Assembly: GCA_963840035.1 (NCBI GenBank)
Contig: CAWIXE010000002.1
Span: 480,001-544,000, forward strand
DNA length: 64,000 bases
Reading direction: 5' to 3'
From: a candidate division FCPU426 bacterium
GTDB lineage: Bacteria > Oederibacteriota > PGYV01 > Palsa-1178
Below the pieces are notes generated by a model that worked only from the letters and a program-made list of their open reading frames with translations, did no database searches and was not told the DNA's origin. Numbering within the stretch: position 1 is the stretch's first letter; every line of letters starts with the position of its first letter. The translations under genes and the position numbers were made by a program. Below are positions 61,001 through 64,000 of the stretch, piece after piece.

Positions 61001-61830
61001 ATTCCGTAGAGATACCCGAGGAAGAGTATAAGGAACTGACGCTGAAGGTGACCGAGTATAAGGAAAAGATAGACAAACTCGGCGTTATTAACCTGGTGGC
61101 CATAGAGGAATACAATGACCTTAAATCAAGGAACGAACATTTACAGACGCAGTATGACGACCTGAATACTGCCAGGGATAATCTGAAAAAGATCATTAAA
61201 AAGGCCAATGAAGAATCGAAAGAACTCTTCAATAAGGCTTTTGACGCCATAAAAATACAGTTTGCCGATGTGTTCAAGAAGATGTTTAACGGCGGAGAAG
61301 CGGACCTTGTGCTTTCAGACAAGGATAACATGCTTGAATCCGGCATAGACATCATAGCCAGGCCGCCCGGAAAAAAACTCCAGAACATATCGCTTTTATC
61401 CGGCGGAGAAAAAGCCATCACGGCCATATCACTGCTTTTCGCGCTGTTTTTGACAAAGGCCAGCCCGTTCTGCGTTATGGACGAGATAGACGCGCCGTTA
61501 GATGATATCAATGTCACAAGGTTTACAAACCTGGTAAAAAGTTTCAAAAGGACTCAGTTCATTATCATATCCCATAACAAGCTGACTATGGAAATCGGCG
61601 ACGTATTATACGGGGTATCCATGGAAAAAGCGGGCGTATCCCAGATAATATCCATTAAACTCGACAGGGACAAGGAAAAACTGGCAAAATCCCTGGCAAG
61701 CGACGGCAAGTCGGCGGCTTTAAAGGAAAGCGAAGAAAAGGCAAAAGCAAAAAAAGAAATAGAAGATGCTGAAGCGGAAGAAAACGCCAAAGCCGCGCTG
61801 GAAGGAGAGCCAGGGGATGGAGAAAAATAG
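58099..61830 (+). CDS. smc: Chromosome segregation protein SMC
   Basis: GFKSF, GPNGSGKSN, long coiled coils, hinge, LSGGEK, VMDEIDAPLD; TTG start. Confidence 0.95.
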   Translation: MKLKELHLFGFKSFADKTSLEFGHDITIVVGPNGSGKSNVFDAIRWVLGEQSAKQLRGGKMEDVIFIGSDSRKTLGMAEVTIVMDNTDKTINLPYTDVKVTRRLYRSGESEYSINDQQVRLKDIVEIFMDTGVGLDSYSIISQGEVDRIINAKPVERREIFEEAAGITKYIKKRDEALRKLEATEQNMLRINDILVEVKRQAAVLERQAKKAEQYKALKMECSDMEIRMHKKDVKEYKIKHNNLEAQRLEIDKKIEAEEAGLSSFEKSFEDMKLKGTDMERMIAEKREKWVIKQEEIKRLEDSLKYLSERHTELLSRIESLKNENVENVGKIESVKVDIEGKNRSIAEKETVVKDREAQLENLNKRYESFTVDFEGAKKARDEKQDKAGLLNNELNGLKGRIVELDLNIKNMDEQLVKIAAEKKDAEDKLHRTDIELESISENRGLKEEEIKGIKDREEELLKEKIKRKTSFVTTEETLKDLGFVIGKLESRQNFLKQMHQRMEGYGEIVRKVLTEYKLQLDDDAKGSLVDVVANLIAVEKPYERAVESTLAGLLQTVFVRNEKMIEEIFSLYEHEKGEISFINSQNMKVNPAAVMARWKEMVKHKNITAYLPEQVQVEDGNEAIKLLFHNIFVVESLEKAREVLNDVRRDEQYYLLTQNGELISNFSIYTKGEGLAGEGLLSREREIEEIASEIGTARGKYASVEDEKNFQSIKIASLEKEIENLSITYHAQYVEVIKDDERIKQKNEDRERHMASIVRIEEQAVAIASERTGFTTGREALSLEEKRMLDSIEESRLGIEASKLDIQAKEDNLNQEKALIDDKKVEILTLKNEYDMDINNKSMLESRLKEVEENYRNTGLEIEGLNEKVRMSEDESKANDAKINELKTTLILDEQSLETSKKEHEEFRVQLNTLEDDIKKMSKTRDKLKDEQYDIKVNLSEIAIQIKNIYEKMNEDFKIAPSDEDVYSVEIPEEEYKELTLKVTEYKEKIDKLGVINLVAIEEYNDLKSRNEHLQTQYDDLNTARDNLKKIIKKANEESKELFNKAFDAIKIQFADVFKKMFNGGEADLVLSDKDNMLESGIDIIARPPGKKLQNISLLSGGEKAITAISLLFALFLTKASPFCVMDEIDAPLDDINVTRFTNLVKSFKRTQFIIISHNKLTMEIGDVLYGVSMEKAGVSQIISIKLDRDKEKLAKSLASDGKSAALKESEEKAKAKKEIEDAEAEENAKAALEGEPGDGEK

Positions 61831-62683
61831 TTTCGCAAAACCCCGTTCTTTCCTCGATAAACTGAAAAATATATTTTCAAAAGGCCCGGCAAAAGAACAC
61901 CTCGACGACCTCGAAGAAATCCTCATATCCGCTGACATTGACCTTGTAATCGTTGATGAAATCATGGAAGCCTTAAAGGCGGAAAAAGTATCAACGTATG
62001 AAGACGCAAGGAAATTCCTTAAGGATGAATTCATAAGCAAACTGAAGCCAAATACCCCGGATGAAAAGCGCAGGAGAAAAGTAATCCTTTTAGTCGGCAT
62101 TAACGGGGCCGGCAAGACCACTACCGCGGCAAAACTGGCAAACCTTTATAAGAAACAGGGGAAAAAAGTGATTTTCGCCGCCGCGGACACATTCCGGGCC
62201 GCGGCCATAGAGCAGCTTGAAGCGTGGGCTCTAAAGGCGGGCATCGAAATCATAAAGGGCAAGGACGGCGGGGACCCGGCTGCAGTGGCCTTTGACGCCG
62301 CGCAAAAAGCCGTTAAGGAAAAAGCCGACGTTCTGATAATAGATACCGCGGGCAGGCTCCATACAAAGTCAAACCTCATGCAGGAGCTGGCCAAGGTAAA
62401 AAAAGTTGTCTTAAGGGAGATCCCTGAAGAGGAAGTGGATACCCTGATCATAATAGACACGAATACCGGAAAGAACGCCTTTGTCCAGGCAAAAGAATTT
62501 CATGACTCGCTGAAATTAACGGGGGTAATACTTACGAAGTTCGACTCGTCCGCCAGGGGCGGCTCCATAATAAAGATAAAACACGAACTGAACCTGCCGA
62601 TAAAGTATATGACATACGGCGAGAGCATGGAAGACATAGCGGAGTTTGATGAGAAGGAATTTGTGGAAGGGATTTTTGAATAG
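61817..62683 (+). CDS. ftsY: SRP receptor FtsY (short NG-only form)
   Basis: GINGAGKTTT, DTFRAAA, DTAGRL, TKFD..ARGG. Confidence 0.95.
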   Translation: MEKNSFAKPRSFLDKLKNIFSKGPAKEHLDDLEEILISADIDLVIVDEIMEALKAEKVSTYEDARKFLKDEFISKLKPNTPDEKRRRKVILLVGINGAGKTTTAAKLANLYKKQGKKVIFAAADTFRAAAIEQLEAWALKAGIEIIKGKDGGDPAAVAFDAAQKAVKEKADVLIIDTAGRLHTKSNLMQELAKVKKVVLREIPEEEVDTLIIIDTNTGKNAFVQAKEFHDSLKLTGVILTKFDSSARGGSIIKIKHELNLPIKYMTYGESMEDIAEFDEKEFVEGIFE

Positions 62684-62684
62684 C

Positions 62685-62759
62685 AACTGAAAACTTGAAG
62701 CTGAAAAGTGAAAGTTGTGACAGAACCAGCTTTCAGTTTTCAATTTTAAATTTTAAGCT
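62685..62759. repeat. Heptamer-periodic inverted array between ftsY and recJ
   Basis: aactgaa aacttga agctgaa aagtgaa ... gctttca gttttca attttaa attttaa gct. Confidence 0.8.
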
Positions 62760-62770
62760 CAAGGAGTAAC

Positions 62771-64000
62771 ATGAACTGGCAGTATGCTGAAGAAAAGAAC
62801 ATAGACCCCATACTGAAGGCCGAACTAAAGGACAAGCTCCAGCTTCCTGATTATATTGTCACGGCCTTTATTAACCGCGGTATTGATTCATTTGACCGCG
62901 CCAGGGAAGTCTTTGAGATAGACAGCGCGCCGCTTTATCCGCCTTATCTTTTTGAGGATATGGAAAAAGCAGTATCAAGGATAGAAAAGGCCGTTAAATC
63001 AAATGAAAAGATAGTAATATACGGCGATTATGACGTGGATGGAGTGACCGCCATAGTGGTTCTGTTCCTTTTCTTTAAAAACTTTCTGAAATACACAAAT
63101 ATAGATTATTACATTCCCCACAGGCAGGACGAAGGTTACGGCCTGAATATCGACGCGCTGACAGCCATAAAAGCCGCGGGAGCAGGCCTTATTATTTCGG
63201 TGGATTGCGGCATATCGGCCAAAAAAGAAGTGGAATTCTGTTCGGTTAACAATATGGATATCATTATAACAGACCATCACATACCTGAAGGCGAAACTAC
63301 GCCTGATAAAGCATTTGCTATAATCAACCCGAAATTATCCAAAAAATACCCGGAGAGAGAACTATCTGGCGCAGGGGTGGCGTATAAACTCCTTTGCGCG
63401 CTTGCCGACAGGTTCAAGATAGACATTAAAAATGAATTCCTTGATTTTGTGGCTCTTGGGACTGTGGCGGATATTGTTCCGCTTACATATGAGAACAGGA
63501 TACTGGCGCGCAGGGGTTTTAAACAGATAGAAAAAACCACAAATATTGGGCTGAAGAAGCTTAAGGAAGTGGCGGGAATAAAGACGGACGCGCGCATATC
63601 GACATACCACGTGGGATTTATCCTCGGCCCCAGGATCAACGCCGCAGGCAGACTGGAGCACGCTAAAAAGGCGGTGGAACTTTTTGTCTCGGATGACGCG
63701 GAACTTGTGGAAACCATAGCGCGCGAGCTTAATGAGACAAACGAAGAGCGCAAAAGCGTCATGAATAAAACACACGAAGAAGCGGTTAAAATGTTAAAAG
63801 ACGGTTATAACCCGGAAGAGGATTTTGTCATAATATTATATGATTCACTGTGGAACGCGGGAATAGTGGGGTTGGTAGCTTCAAAAGTGGTAAGGTCCTT
63901 TAACAGGCCCGCATTTATTCTGACAAAAAGCGATGATGGGCTTATTCATGGCAGCGCCAGAAGCGTGCATTCTGTAAATATTTTTGAGGCAATCAAATCA
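62771..64000 (+). CDS. recJ: Single-stranded DNA exonuclease RecJ, 3' truncated by window edge
   Basis: Read manually: YGDYDVDG, PHRQDEGYG, VDCG, ITDHH, ALGTVADIVPL, PRINAAGRL, GSARS. Confidence 0.95.
   Translation, partial: MNWQYAEEKNIDPILKAELKDKLQLPDYIVTAFINRGIDSFDRAREVFEIDSAPLYPPYLFEDMEKAVSRIEKAVKSNEKIVIYGDYDVDGVTAIVVLFLFFKNFLKYTNIDYYIPHRQDEGYGLNIDALTAIKAAGAGLIISVDCGISAKKEVEFCSVNNMDIIITDHHIPEGETTPDKAFAIINPKLSKKYPERELSGAGVAYKLLCALADRFKIDIKNEFLDFVALGTVADIVPLTYENRILARRGFKQIEKTTNIGLKKLKEVAGIKTDARISTYHVGFILGPRINAAGRLEHAKKAVELFVSDDAELVETIARELNETNEERKSVMNKTHEEAVKMLKDGYNPEEDFVIILYDSLWNAGIVGLVASKVVRSFNRPAFILTKSDDGLIHGSARSVHSVNIFEAIKS

Noticed and set aside
54971..61547. Long minus-strand ORFs (54971-55747, 58410-59384, 60999-61547)
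   Set aside because: Antisense shadows of fabZ/lpxA and smc with no independent motifs.

Overview
A 64 kb chromosomal segment from a diderm, LPS-producing, probably anaerobic bacterium; almost all genes are on the + strand. Housekeeping blocks are rodA-rng-hldD, pta-ackA-pfkB, iorB-paaK-ACT-iorA, murJ, infC-rpmI-rplT (L20 leader, ATT start), a PyrR-attenuated pyrR-B-C-carAB-pyrK-D operon, bamA-skp-lpxD-lpxC-fabZ-lpxA-lpxI-aminotransferase and smc-ftsY-recJ. Accessory content includes a methyltransferase + PP2C phosphatase + kinase-like + STAS-like + GGDEF module (SiaABCD-like), a FeoB lacking its GTPase domain, a Ser/Thr-rich secreted protein, tandem GT-C/PA14 glycosyltransferases with GT2 and flippase-like genes, and a secreted deiminase-like (pentein) enzyme. 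The most unusual signal is non-coding. About ten gene junctions carry 7-bp-periodic arrays arranged as inverted arms, often starting at the upstream stop codon and ending near the downstream RBS. One arm pair encloses a four-helix-bundle (23S-IVP/Avd-like) gene inside the pyr operon, and similar heptamer runs lie in frame inside iorA and pyrK. GTAG-type REP elements are also scattered through the window. pyrB and lpxI each carry a one-base frameshift. No rRNA, tRNA, CRISPR array or transposase was recognised. All family calls come from motif recognition by eye, not from database searches.
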